Below are positions 54,803-64,000 of a DNA stretch of 64,000 bases, one piece after another. The notes below the pieces were generated by a model. The model was not told where the DNA came from, did no database searches, and saw only the letters and a program-made list of their open reading frames with translations. The stretch comes from Salisapilia sapeloensis CBS 127946 (Eukaryota > Protista > Oomycota), in the NCBI GenBank assembly GCA_023334545.1, contig JAADVB010000011.1, forward strand, positions 1 through 64,000, read 5' to 3'. Each line of letters opens with the position of its first letter. Within the stretch, counting starts at the first letter, position 1. The position numbers were made by a program, and so were the translations under genes.

Positions 54803-55989
54803 ATGGATGGTCTCTCGGATGCAGTGGGGAGCCTCCTTCGCTCTATCAATGTGCTCGGTGCTGACGTACGCTTTCGAACGGAAGAGCTGCGTGTCAAGTG
54901 CGACGAGATAGAGCGAATTTACAATGCGGAACGCCGTCGACTGGAAGATCAAGACCGTGCGAGGAAGATGGATGCTGAGACTAAGAAACGAGAGGCAGAT
55001 CATCATCGGTTGCAAACAGAACGAATGCAAAATTCTCTGGAATCTGCCTTGGAAAGAGCTCGTAGTATTCGTGGAGATAAGGTATCTTCAAAACTAGCTT
55101 CCAATATGAAGCCTACGTCGGTCCTCAGCAACAACGACCAAGTCGAGATGTCGACTCAATTGGACACGATCCTCACCATGGCACAACAGGCTAAAAGCAG
55201 TCCTCAACCAATAGAGTCTGATAATAACGCTTCCAACTATATGATGCCTCGTTCTCTTCGAAGAGCGATACGGACGTATCAAGAAGACATTCTTGACGAA
55301 GGTGCCAGCCCAGTCTTCCGTCACGACTTTGCGAAAAAGATGAACGAACATCTGAATGCATCCAACTATAAGGTACAAGTCGGTTACCGAGAACAAGTGC
55401 ATCGCTTGAGCCAGGCATACAAGCGTCTTGCTATGTTCCTAGATGAGCGGAAGGAGACTTCATCTGTACTACGCACCCAAGCTGTAGGCGCTAGAAGCAT
55501 ATACTTCCATGACTAGCGTACTAACTGCATTTGAACTAGTCGAGGCGACTAGTACGAGAGCTTGATACGGAAATGAATCGACTAGGAAAGCAGTGTCCAC
55601 CACCTCCCATCGTATCCCAAGAGGCCCACAAGTATCACCAAGCAGCTCTATTCAATCTCCGATCGAAAAGGCAGTCCTCTCTACTAGCATCAAAAGCTCA
55701 AGAACCCGCACAGGCACAACGACTGAATAAACTCGAACAGGCATGGCAGCAGAGTGTCCAAGACAATGATGCAGGTAAAAATGATCAACAAGTGGACGCA
55801 TTTAGCGACACAGTCTTCTACATCGTCCTCACCGACGTCTCTGAAGTCATTCTGGAAGAGTTTAAAAAGGTATACGCTGAAGGTCCACTGGACGACGAGC
55901 ATATGAAAGGATTACTACGGCTGATCCAGTTTGCCGATTCCGTCTGTCGGTCCAAAGGAAGAGCAGTATCAAGCGTAATTGCGTCATGA
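54803..55989 (+). CDS. Uncharacterised coiled-coil protein, 2 exons, 376 aa
   Basis: Exons 54803-55483 and 55540-55989 are joined in frame by a 56-nt GT-AG intron with a CTAAC branch site. No family recognised. Confidence 0.7.
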
Positions 55990-56090
55990 GTAGGAAAAGA
56001 GAGTACCAAGAGAGTGGAATAGGAAGATGTTGCATCCGTCTTATTGGCTTTCCATCAAACTAGAGAGATTCAGTACGAAAGAGTGGCTTC

Positions 56091-57338
56091 TTAACGTCGA
56101 CGACTGCGACTCGAGCTACGACTACGATGACGACGAGTGTGGCTCGAGCTGCGACTGCGATGGCGGCGGCTGTGACGGTCGCGAGACCTCGACCGGTCTC
56201 TCCTTCGGCTTCTCTCCCGACTACGACTACGGCTACGTCGATTCCTGGACTTTTCACGACTGCGACTACGCCGACTTGATGACTTTTGCTGTCTAAACTT
56301 ACGAATTAGCTTTATGCGTGGACATATAAAAAGATGAGAAACAAGACCTGGAACGAGATCTCGAGTCAGATGGAGGAAGCTGCTCACTCGGCTCTTCCTT
56401 CTTCTCCCCACCGTCCTTCTCTCGACTACGACGTCGACGTTCACGTCGGATTTCAGCGATTTCCTCCAATTTCTTACGGATCTGGAGGTACCCCAGATGC
56501 AACTTGCCACCAAAGTGATCGGCCAATCGTCGATCACTGTCAAAGATACTGAGGAACGCACCACAGACGTCACAGACACGTAGCTTTTGGTTGACGGTAG
56601 TACTGGCAAACGGATTGTCCTTGAGGAGTTGATTGCCTTCGGATCCAGGCATCATGTTTGGATTCGGAGTCGATGTGTCACCTGGGTTAGATGCCTGACT
56701 CGCTGTAACTGCTGGGCGGACGGAGCGCAGCATGGCGCTAGCCTGGATCTCTGCCTTCTTCTGTTGCAATGCCTCGACTTTCGACATCAATTCCATCGAT
56801 TTGTCCACCTCTCCTTCGTTTCCTATTCGTCGACAACGTTAAGTATTGTGCTCAGCATTTATGTATACAAATAGATGGAGATGATGTCAAGTAGAGCTCG
56901 TGTACCTGCATCCTCTGCTTTCTGCATGGTTTCCTGGATCTCGGCTGTGATTTCCAGCACCTCCTTTGTGTTTTCAACGTCCATGAGAGAAGGAGCTTTG
57001 GCTCCATCTTGTTCTTCCAGACGTTTCTGAGCTCTAGCGATCTTCTTCTCGACTTCGCCTTGATACCCACGAAGCTCTCGCTCGAGCTCTTGCTCATACC
57101 CGTAGTCGACGTTCAGACGTTCCATTTCATACTGATCGCGCAGTTTCGGAAGATGCCATTGCTCACATTCACCCATATCCATCTTGGTGTTCTGGAAGAG
57201 ATCGTTCGGGCACAGCCCGCACAAATAACGCTTGCAAACACGTCGATCTCGATAGTCTCGAATGTCTTCGTTCGGCTTGTCACCGTCACGATTCCGGCCC
57301 ATGAGCTCATCTAATAGAGCTCGTTGGGCGTCCATCAT
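56091..57338 (-). CDS. LUC7: LUC7-like U1 snRNP-associated protein with an RS tail, 3 exons, 369 aa
   Basis: Exons 57338-56906, 56822-56348 and 56292-56091 (introns of 83 and 55 nt). AQRALLDELMG, VCKRYLCGLCPNDLFQNTKMDMGEC, KLRVCDVCGAFLS..DRRLADHFGGKLHLGY. Confidence 0.95.
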
Positions 57339-57690
57339 GCTCTTAGTATATCGTACTGCAAGACTCTAGCGCAAGGACAGACAGAGAGGAAGAGGATGGC
57401 ACTGCCCTTCGATCGCTTTACTTCAGTGCGACAGTATAATTCGAACCATCGGAGGCAAAGAAAACTGTTATATGCGGTAAAAGTATTATTCTTTTCAAAA
57501 ATAGCCATATTCGTCTAATATATCTATGCATAAATATAGCCGTTTCGTCATCAAAGTCACATATGATAGATATTTCAATAGCTAGCACTTTTTTCTTCAA
57601 ATGAACCGTCGAAGTATTTTAAAATTACTCCCTTAGCCGTAATATTACAGAACTGCTCCATTTGCAGTTCCCATCGGAAGAGTACAGACC

Positions 57691-58431
57691 ATGCTCCAGG
57701 CAGCGATTAGCCACAGAGCAGAGAAGACGCAGTCGGAGAGTCAACTTTTACGTCTTCCATATGAACTGCTTTTCCAAGTGGCATACTGTTTATCTGCAGA
57801 GGACTTATTGCGTGCTCGAATGACTTGCCACCTCGTCGATGATATGCTAAAAGCAGAGTCGGCACGCTTCTGGCTTCACGCCAGTCTCCAACGAAAGGCA
57901 CGGGTGCGATCAGGGTACAACAGACAAACATCTCGTTCGCTCATGCTAGAGGCATTGGAGCATGTGCTGCCAGCGATCATCCGGCCAAGTGACCCGGTCG
58001 AGATGCTGGCAAGGGGAACTGGTATTAGTCGAGCACTCAAGTGGGTTTACCTCAATGCTGATTGGGTACGGAAGCAGCATCTACCTGCTTTAGATGTAGT
58101 AGATGAGAGACTCTCCTTCCGGACAGGTGACGTCGCATTCGAAGTCTTCCGTCACATGCCGGACAAACAGCATTTAGGCATTCAAGTGCAGCGAAATGAA
58201 GAGAGAACGGTAGAGCTCATTCATGTCCCTGCCAATGTGTACCAAAAGCTACAGACAGACCCTTTTAGCTTCGTCGCCGCCGAGACGCTAAGTGAGCTGG
58301 AGGTCCTGTCCAACTGGCATCTAGCAACCGTCGCCTTTGTGACCATGACACTCATCTTCATCGGTCAGTATGCTAGTGACATGGCACGTGCATACGTCCT
58401 TCCTCCAGACTTTACCTGGTACGGTCTCTAA
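57691..58431 (+). CDS. F-box protein with a C-terminal hydrophobic segment, about 246 aa
   Basis: F-box LLRLPYELLFQVAYCLSAEDLLRARMTC; TM-like LATVAFVTMTLIFIG. A possible last intron (58419-58470) would move the stop to 58495. Confidence 0.75.
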   Translation: MLQAAISHRAEKTQSESQLLRLPYELLFQVAYCLSAEDLLRARMTCHLVDDMLKAESARFWLHASLQRKARVRSGYNRQTSRSLMLEALEHVLPAIIRPSDPVEMLARGTGISRALKWVYLNADWVRKQHLPALDVVDERLSFRTGDVAFEVFRHMPDKQHLGIQVQRNEERTVELIHVPANVYQKLQTDPFSFVAAETLSELEVLSNWHLATVAFVTMTLIFIGQYASDMARAYVLPPDFTWYGL

Positions 58432-58546
58432 CTCCAGACATAAGTGGGGATTTTTTCATAAAATAAATAGTACATTCTTTACTGTGCGTATCTAGAGGAT
58501 GGTAACGGTTTGTCCGTTTCCAGAATTTCGTTGTGATCCTGAAAGC

Positions 58547-61500
58547 ATGACGACTAGGATGTACGCCTTCTTGGTGATCCTACTCGTGGCTACTGTCGAA
58601 GGGCAGACGACAGACTATCTGGGGTACCCGGACACAGCCTATTCGAAATCAAGAGAGCTAGAAAAATTTTCGTGTGAAGGTGGACCAGCATTCTGCCCTT
58701 TCAACGGCCAGTATGCTTACGCTGGTGGCAGTCTCACTGTCACTATTCTCGAAATGGTAAATCTGCCGAATGAAGATGACTTTGGACTTACTGGAATTGC
58801 TACAGACGCGTATGTTCGTGCATCTATCGGCGACAACGTTCGGACTTCCAGTGTCATTAACAATGATTTAAACCCCAAGTGGCCTCCTTGTAGTTTGCCA
58901 AAGTGTGCTGGTGATGGAGATGTCGTACGAGATCTCGACTTTGGGTTTCGGAAAGCTGGTACAGAACTACTTGTGGAAGTACTGGATGCTGACTCTGGCT
59001 TTGCCTTTGGCGATGATCCTATCTGGGCAGTTCGACTGCATACCATTTATTGTTCAGCTTATACAGCTCCTGTACAAGCGATTCCAGACAGCGAAGCATC
59101 CAGTTGGCAAATGCCTCGCCAGCCACTGTGCGTCGAGGAAAGATGGGTGCCATTGACGGATGAAGGAACTTGCATCGAGAACGGTCAGATCAGCACGACG
59201 ACGCCATGCATGCGGCTAAGAATGACTGCCTTGCCTTTTCAAATTCGCGTGGAAGAGACTTTCGTTTCAGGGTCCGTCGTGAATGGAGGCATGGGTGGCT
59301 ACTTTCCGAATCAAGAGGCATGGATATATGGTCGCGTTTATTCTGCATCCAACTTGCAGCTGAACTCGTACTATCGCATGCTGCAGTCGAGTGGAGGACA
59401 CTTGGTACGTTCAGACAGTGCATCGTTAAATGACAAAGGTAATTCTTCGCTCATCTCTCGCTTCGGATACGCACCATACGCCCGTATTACCACTAACTTC
59501 GACAGCAAATGGTTTGTCTTTCGACGTGTCGATGACATTGCTGCCGTCCCATTGCCAAATTGGCTCAACTCGAGTTATAACTGGACTGAAGAGAGGGAGT
59601 GGGCGCAACTAGTTGGTGTAGCTGGCGACTTCCAAGCCGTTGCACGCAATGTATCAGCTCATCCGATCAACAAATACGGTGATGCATTTGACCACGGTGT
59701 GATCACGGGGATGAACGTACCGCAGAATTATACTGAATTCACGCTAAGCATGTACTTCATCGTACTCGTACCCCATGAGTTCCGAGATATCATTCCAATT
59801 ATTTACTCGAAAGACTTCGATCGAGGTACGTTCATCAAGGTATCGCTGTGGTACTCGCCTAATTTATTCCTCGCCTACCTTGTCTTTCGGTATCTACAGC
59901 GTATGAACTGGCGGATTGAAAGAGTGCAGTCGTACCTAGCAACCAAAGTTGTTAATGAGACAGAAGTTACGAATGCAATGGCGGGTACGACATCCGCGAC
60001 AAAAACTTCTAGTGAAGCTACGAGTAAAGTTGGGAAGGGGTATCAACCAAGGAATGTTGTGTCACAACTGCTGACTATCACCGACGACAGTGAAGACACT
60101 GGCATCGAGTTTCGGCGTAATCTTTTTTATTCCAAGATTGCAGTCGCCCTCATCCTTGCTTCTCCTTTGCTCACGTTGATATCTTGGGGCGTCACATGCA
60201 TTTACCTCGTTACACCGCCTGCCTTTGGCTATGGACTCATCTTTCTTGGTGTTGGCGGATTACTCGCTTGCTATGGAACCTGTCGTTGGGTGGAGATGGG
60301 ATGGCGAATGACCGGTACGGTGCTCAAGCTGCTTGCTATCTTTATCGTCTTTATCTTTATCTTTTTGCTTTGCTCAACCTTTACGGATCCAAGAGTCTAT
60401 ATAGACAATGAAGATCTTGATTTTTTCTCCCTCACAGCTACCTTCCTATCGCTCAACATGATGCCACTTATATGGCTTGCTTTCACGAACGATCGCAAGT
60501 TGACCATGTCGTTATCAAATGTACTCAAGGATGTTTCCACTTCTAGAACCCCGCAAAAGCATAAATCAGGATCAACAGACCAGTTAAATACACGGCGCAA
60601 AGCATCCGTCTTCCAGCCTCTTATGGGTGACCACTATACGATCGAGCGATCGATCCCAGGCTTCAGGTATGCAGACATCCTCCAAAATGCCTTTGTGACA
60701 TCACCCGAGAAAAGGAAGCGAATGAATGTTTGGTACTACGCTAGTGCAGTAGCTTTGCTCATGCTATACTGCACAATAGCTGCGGTGAAGACAATTTACG
60801 GTGCGCAAAGCGTGGGTGTGTTGTGCACGGTTGTGTTAGTGGACGCATGCATCTATATGATGCACCGAGGATACTTGACATGGTCTCCGGGTCGCATTGT
60901 ATTCTTAATGAGCAGCGTCCGCACGTGTCTCGTGGCTACTTGTGGGACATACTGGATCCTTGGTCATGCTTGCTTGTTCATGGTTTTCGGTACAGCACTA
61001 TGCCGAGAGATTATAGGTAAAAACTTACCACGCATGAACAAGCAAGAAGCTGGCGGCGTCACATTCTTTGGGCATGACTATAAACAAAAAAAGCACCTCG
61101 ATTTGTCCACGACACCCGAGTTTGCACTAGGATTCCTTTCCTTTTTCTACATCTTCCTACTTCTGGCTGTCGCTTTCGGCACAGATCCTGACGATGAAGT
61201 CCGGCTACCTGTCTTTGGTCAGAAATGGCCTTTGTGGGTGTTTGGGGTCATTGCTTTTATCGTCGTCCTCTTCGTTGGTATCTCCCTCGCCACGTCACGA
61301 GCATTCTTCTTGCAAAAGGAGCAGCTTTTAACAGACTATGCAGCCAATGTGTATTTATTCGTAAAGCCTTTTAAGCTGCCATTCATCTTAGCTGCAGCTT
61401 CAGAAATACTGGTCATTTGTGCCGGGCTCTTTGTATACGCTTCGACATTGTCCACTTTTGTGCTCGTGACATCCATCTTTCTTCCTCTTATTCTCATGCT

Positions 61501-64000
61501 CATGCTTGCGGTCTACTCCCAATGGCAAAAGAACGATTACCGTTTAGTCATTTGGCCACCTGAGGAATCGGAAGAAGATTTTCTGAACGAAGAGGATATA
61601 CTAGATGTAGAAACAGCCATGGAACGAGAGGCGGAGCTCATGCGAGAGACGTTTGTTTTGCCCTCTGTAAAAGAAGAAGAGGCAAACATCTTTCAATCGG
61701 ACACTGGGTTTACGATGCCAACTTTACCTCCAAAACATTTATTAGAAAAGAAGGCCTTACTCGAGGATACACCTGATACAAGTTCCGACACTAAACAGGC
61801 TGGAGAGACAAGCGAAAGTCATGTTCGAAGAGCACGCAAATCTTATTTGCTTTCAAAAGGAAGAAAAAGCAAACAACAAGTTGATACACCTGATGCTACT
61901 TCATCCGTTCATCAATCTGATCCCCCCAAAACATCCGCACAGCGTAATGTAAAGTCTTTATTGGCTTTATTTTGGAGGCAAGCTGTAGAAAAATTAAACT
62001 TCCTTCCAGCTCTTCGTTCAGTCATGTCGAAAAGACCAGGCTTTACGAAGAACCAGCGTTTCCATGCACCGTCGTTCGTTCCAACCCTTTTTTCTTCTCA
62101 TGTTAGTGGTCCAGAAGTAAAGGAAGAAGCGTCGAAGGACGAACGTGATGATGTGGATGTGGACTTTGCTCAAATGACATTGTATGACGCTTACCAGCAA
62201 GGCTACTTACTTCCAGAGGATTATATGACTATTTCGTGCTTTGTTAGCTTACTTGCTCTTCTGTTCCTCTACGGCGTAATCTTGTCAGCGACTGAGACTC
62301 CGTCCTGGCTTGGCCACTTGATATGGACCGGATCCTATTTTCTACTTTTTACGCTTGCACCAACTTTCAAGTACTTTCGTATTGCTGAAACTACTGAAGA
62401 CATGAAGTACACTTTCGGATTTGGCTACTCTCTGGGCTGGATCACAGGCTTTGTACTCTTCTTTGCTGTGTTAAAGGCGAGCGTAAATCAAGCCGAGTCA
62501 CTCGTCATATTGTCAGTTTTGGTACTATACCCCATATTCCTCCTCTTCATCGTCACCTTGGTCAAGTGGAAGGATGAGCAGTTCCTCATTACACGTCCTA
62601 CACGCCGTATATTGAGCCTATGCTCCTTCTTTATTGCTTTCTGGATCATGGAAATGTACGTGTATGTTGGCGTGGTGTTTGGAGCATTCCTAACGTTCAT
62701 TGCTTCTCTGGGCATATTCGTGAGTTTCTTGCTTCTCAAGTGGATTCAAAACGATATGTATCTTTCCCCATTCTACCAGCGCCGAGCGAATTTATCAGTA
62801 CTTGGGGCCACATGCATGATCATAGCAGCAGGCCTATTTTTTGGTCTAGACTTCTTCTACTGTCTCTCATTCGCTTTCATTGTACTGATCGTCAAGTACA
62901 TGCTGCTGATAGTGGCCAACTACTTCATGGGCAAGGATGACACGGAGCTCTTCTACACCCCATACTTGTTCCCAGTCTTCTCGTACAATGCCTACACGAA
63001 TAATGTCGTCGAGGAGACATCCAATGTCCGAAACCTGTACATCGTACTCGGGCTCTTCTTCATGTGGGGTGTAGCTGGTGTCATGTTCTTTGATCCTCTT
63101 GGCTTTGGCATCGGCATGTGCAGTCTTTCACTTCTGACCTTCGCGGTCGTAACCTCTCACCTGTGTGCGGTCACACCAGTGCGCATGGCCATTGCTGCAA
63201 AGTACGTAAACGATATGATTCTGAAAGACGCAAGTGTAGCAGCAATGGATGCTGCTAACATTCGTTCACATCCCTTCGTGCTAGAATGTCAAGAGTTTGT
63301 CGAGCTCGCAAGGCAAGAAGAGTTGACCGAATTGGAATTCCAGGCAATCGCTATTGGCGGTGCTGCTGCTACAGCTTTTGCAAAGAAAAAGAAGGAGCTT
63401 GCTGCCGAAAGTAGCATGTCAGATAACCAAGAAAAAGATTATCGCGCTGTGTCTAGAGAGACTGCTGGCGACGTAGCTATCGACATCGATGATATGGAAC
63501 ACTCTTTGTACTCGAAGAGCAATTCAGACGATGGGCAGGGTTTGTTTACATGCTCTGAGATATATGAAGAGATATTTTTAAAAGCTCATGGACCCTTTGG
63601 CTTTCTCTATGGAGCTACATTACCATTTCGACTCTACAGATTCCTCGAATGGAAATACTTTCCTGCCGTTCGCCGTAGAAGAGAAAAGCGAGCACGAGCT
63701 CGGAAGCGCGCGCAGTTGAATGCAGAAAATGACGCCTCCATGTCTGAAGCAGACGATCTCCAAGCTCTTGAACAGGGTAAAAACGAAAAAGTTGAAAAAT
63801 GGAAATCATCTGCAGTACTTGTCGAGTCCTTGTTGACGCTTCCGAAACTCGACAAAAAACTAGATATAGCATTTTATGAAGAAACTCGTTGCGTGATTCA
63901 CTTCCAGCTATTGCTTTTGACCGCAGCAGACGCGCGACTGAATCGAGAAAAGATATTGTTCCAACAATTTTTGCGAGAAAATCGATTTAAGCTCATGTCG
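58547..64000 (+). CDS. DEK1-like multi-pass membrane protein (signal peptide + C2 + about 23 TM + linker), probably a TML-type calpain; 3'-partial, at least 1818 aa
   Basis: Manual translation shows no stop from ATG 58547 to the window end, which is why the ORF track omits it. DEK1-like motifs: LVKWKDEQF, LKWIQNDMYLS, LFYTPYLFPVFSYNA, MWGVAGVMFFDPLGFG, QLLLLTAADARLNREKILFQQFLRENRFKLMS. Confidence 0.85.
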   Translation, partial: MTTRMYAFLVILLVATVEGQTTDYLGYPDTAYSKSRELEKFSCEGGPAFCPFNGQYAYAGGSLTVTILEMVNLPNEDDFGLTGIATDAYVRASIGDNVRTSSVINNDLNPKWPPCSLPKCAGDGDVVRDLDFGFRKAGTELLVEVLDADSGFAFGDDPIWAVRLHTIYCSAYTAPVQAIPDSEASSWQMPRQPLCVEERWVPLTDEGTCIENGQISTTTPCMRLRMTALPFQIRVEETFVSGSVVNGGMGGYFPNQEAWIYGRVYSASNLQLNSYYRMLQSSGGHLVRSDSASLNDKGNSSLISRFGYAPYARITTNFDSKWFVFRRVDDIAAVPLPNWLNSSYNWTEEREWAQLVGVAGDFQAVARNVSAHPINKYGDAFDHGVITGMNVPQNYTEFTLSMYFIVLVPHEFRDIIPIIYSKDFDRGTFIKVSLWYSPNLFLAYLVFRYLQRMNWRIERVQSYLATKVVNETEVTNAMAGTTSATKTSSEATSKVGKGYQPRNVVSQLLTITDDSEDTGIEFRRNLFYSKIAVALILASPLLTLISWGVTCIYLVTPPAFGYGLIFLGVGGLLACYGTCRWVEMGWRMTGTVLKLLAIFIVFIFIFLLCSTFTDPRVYIDNEDLDFFSLTATFLSLNMMPLIWLAFTNDRKLTMSLSNVLKDVSTSRTPQKHKSGSTDQLNTRRKASVFQPLMGDHYTIERSIPGFRYADILQNAFVTSPEKRKRMNVWYYASAVALLMLYCTIAAVKTIYGAQSVGVLCTVVLVDACIYMMHRGYLTWSPGRIVFLMSSVRTCLVATCGTYWILGHACLFMVFGTALCREIIGKNLPRMNKQEAGGVTFFGHDYKQKKHLDLSTTPEFALGFLSFFYIFLLLAVAFGTDPDDEVRLPVFGQKWPLWVFGVIAFIVVLFVGISLATSRAFFLQKEQLLTDYAANVYLFVKPFKLPFILAAASEILVICAGLFVYASTLSTFVLVTSIFLPLILMLMLAVYSQWQKNDYRLVIWPPEESEEDFLNEEDILDVETAMEREAELMRETFVLPSVKEEEANIFQSDTGFTMPTLPPKHLLEKKALLEDTPDTSSDTKQAGETSESHVRRARKSYLLSKGRKSKQQVDTPDATSSVHQSDPPKTSAQRNVKSLLALFWRQAVEKLNFLPALRSVMSKRPGFTKNQRFHAPSFVPTLFSSHVSGPEVKEEASKDERDDVDVDFAQMTLYDAYQQGYLLPEDYMTISCFVSLLALLFLYGVILSATETPSWLGHLIWTGSYFLLFTLAPTFKYFRIAETTEDMKYTFGFGYSLGWITGFVLFFAVLKASVNQAESLVILSVLVLYPIFLLFIVTLVKWKDEQFLITRPTRRILSLCSFFIAFWIMEMYVYVGVVFGAFLTFIASLGIFVSFLLLKWIQNDMYLSPFYQRRANLSVLGATCMIIAAGLFFGLDFFYCLSFAFIVLIVKYMLLIVANYFMGKDDTELFYTPYLFPVFSYNAYTNNVVEETSNVRNLYIVLGLFFMWGVAGVMFFDPLGFGIGMCSLSLLTFAVVTSHLCAVTPVRMAIAAKYVNDMILKDASVAAMDAANIRSHPFVLECQEFVELARQEELTELEFQAIAIGGAAATAFAKKKKELAAESSMSDNQEKDYRAVSRETAGDVAIDIDDMEHSLYSKSNSDDGQGLFTCSEIYEEIFLKAHGPFGFLYGATLPFRLYRFLEWKYFPAVRRRREKRARARKRAQLNAENDASMSEADDLQALEQGKNEKVEKWKSSAVLVESLLTLPKLDKKLDIAFYEETRCVIHFQLLLLTAADARLNREKILFQQFLRENRFKLMS

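Noticed and set aside
7010-57338. Apparent enrichment of RNA-processing genes (RPP40, SR protein, INTS6, LUC7)
   Set aside because: They are dispersed among unrelated genes, and 4 of 24 is not unusual for a housekeeping region.
3321-58510. Recurring GTAACG/AACGG (Myb/MSA-like) motifs in several promoters (e.g. 3321, 13093, 13141, 58502)
   Set aside because: Such 5-6-mers are expected at this frequency by chance, and no enrichment test could be run.

Overview
Gene-dense eukaryotic nuclear DNA (about 48% GC by eye), most likely from an oomycete or related flagellated stramenopile. This is inferred from a START-FYVE-GAF protein, an inner-arm axonemal dynein, short GT-AG introns (mostly 52-63 nt) and small intergenic gaps. 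I can support 24 protein-coding genes, about half of which need splicing and are therefore fragmented in the ORF track: ARPC1, SMYD-like SET, PH-domain protein, a catalytically dead pogo/Tigger (CENP-B-like) transposase, RPP40, GST-theta, Nma111/DEG7-type HtrA protease, FEX/CrcB-like protein, SRSF1-like SR protein, UAP1, F-box/SNF2/RING helicase, AspH-type oxygenase, PSF3, SEC8, a basic-region protein, BRWD/PHIP-like, START-FYVE-GAF, INTS6, DNAH1-like dynein, RING E3, an orphan, LUC7, an F-box protein, and a >1,800-codon ORF that runs off the right end and is absent from the ORF track. That last ORF is the most interesting item. It has a signal peptide, a predicted extracellular Ca2+-type C2 domain and about 23 TM segments, and it carries motifs resembling plant DEK1 phytocalpain; its catalytic domain would lie outside the window. 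I recognised no rRNA, tRNA, snRNA, CRISPR array or intact mobile element. All homology calls come from manual motif recognition, not database searches.
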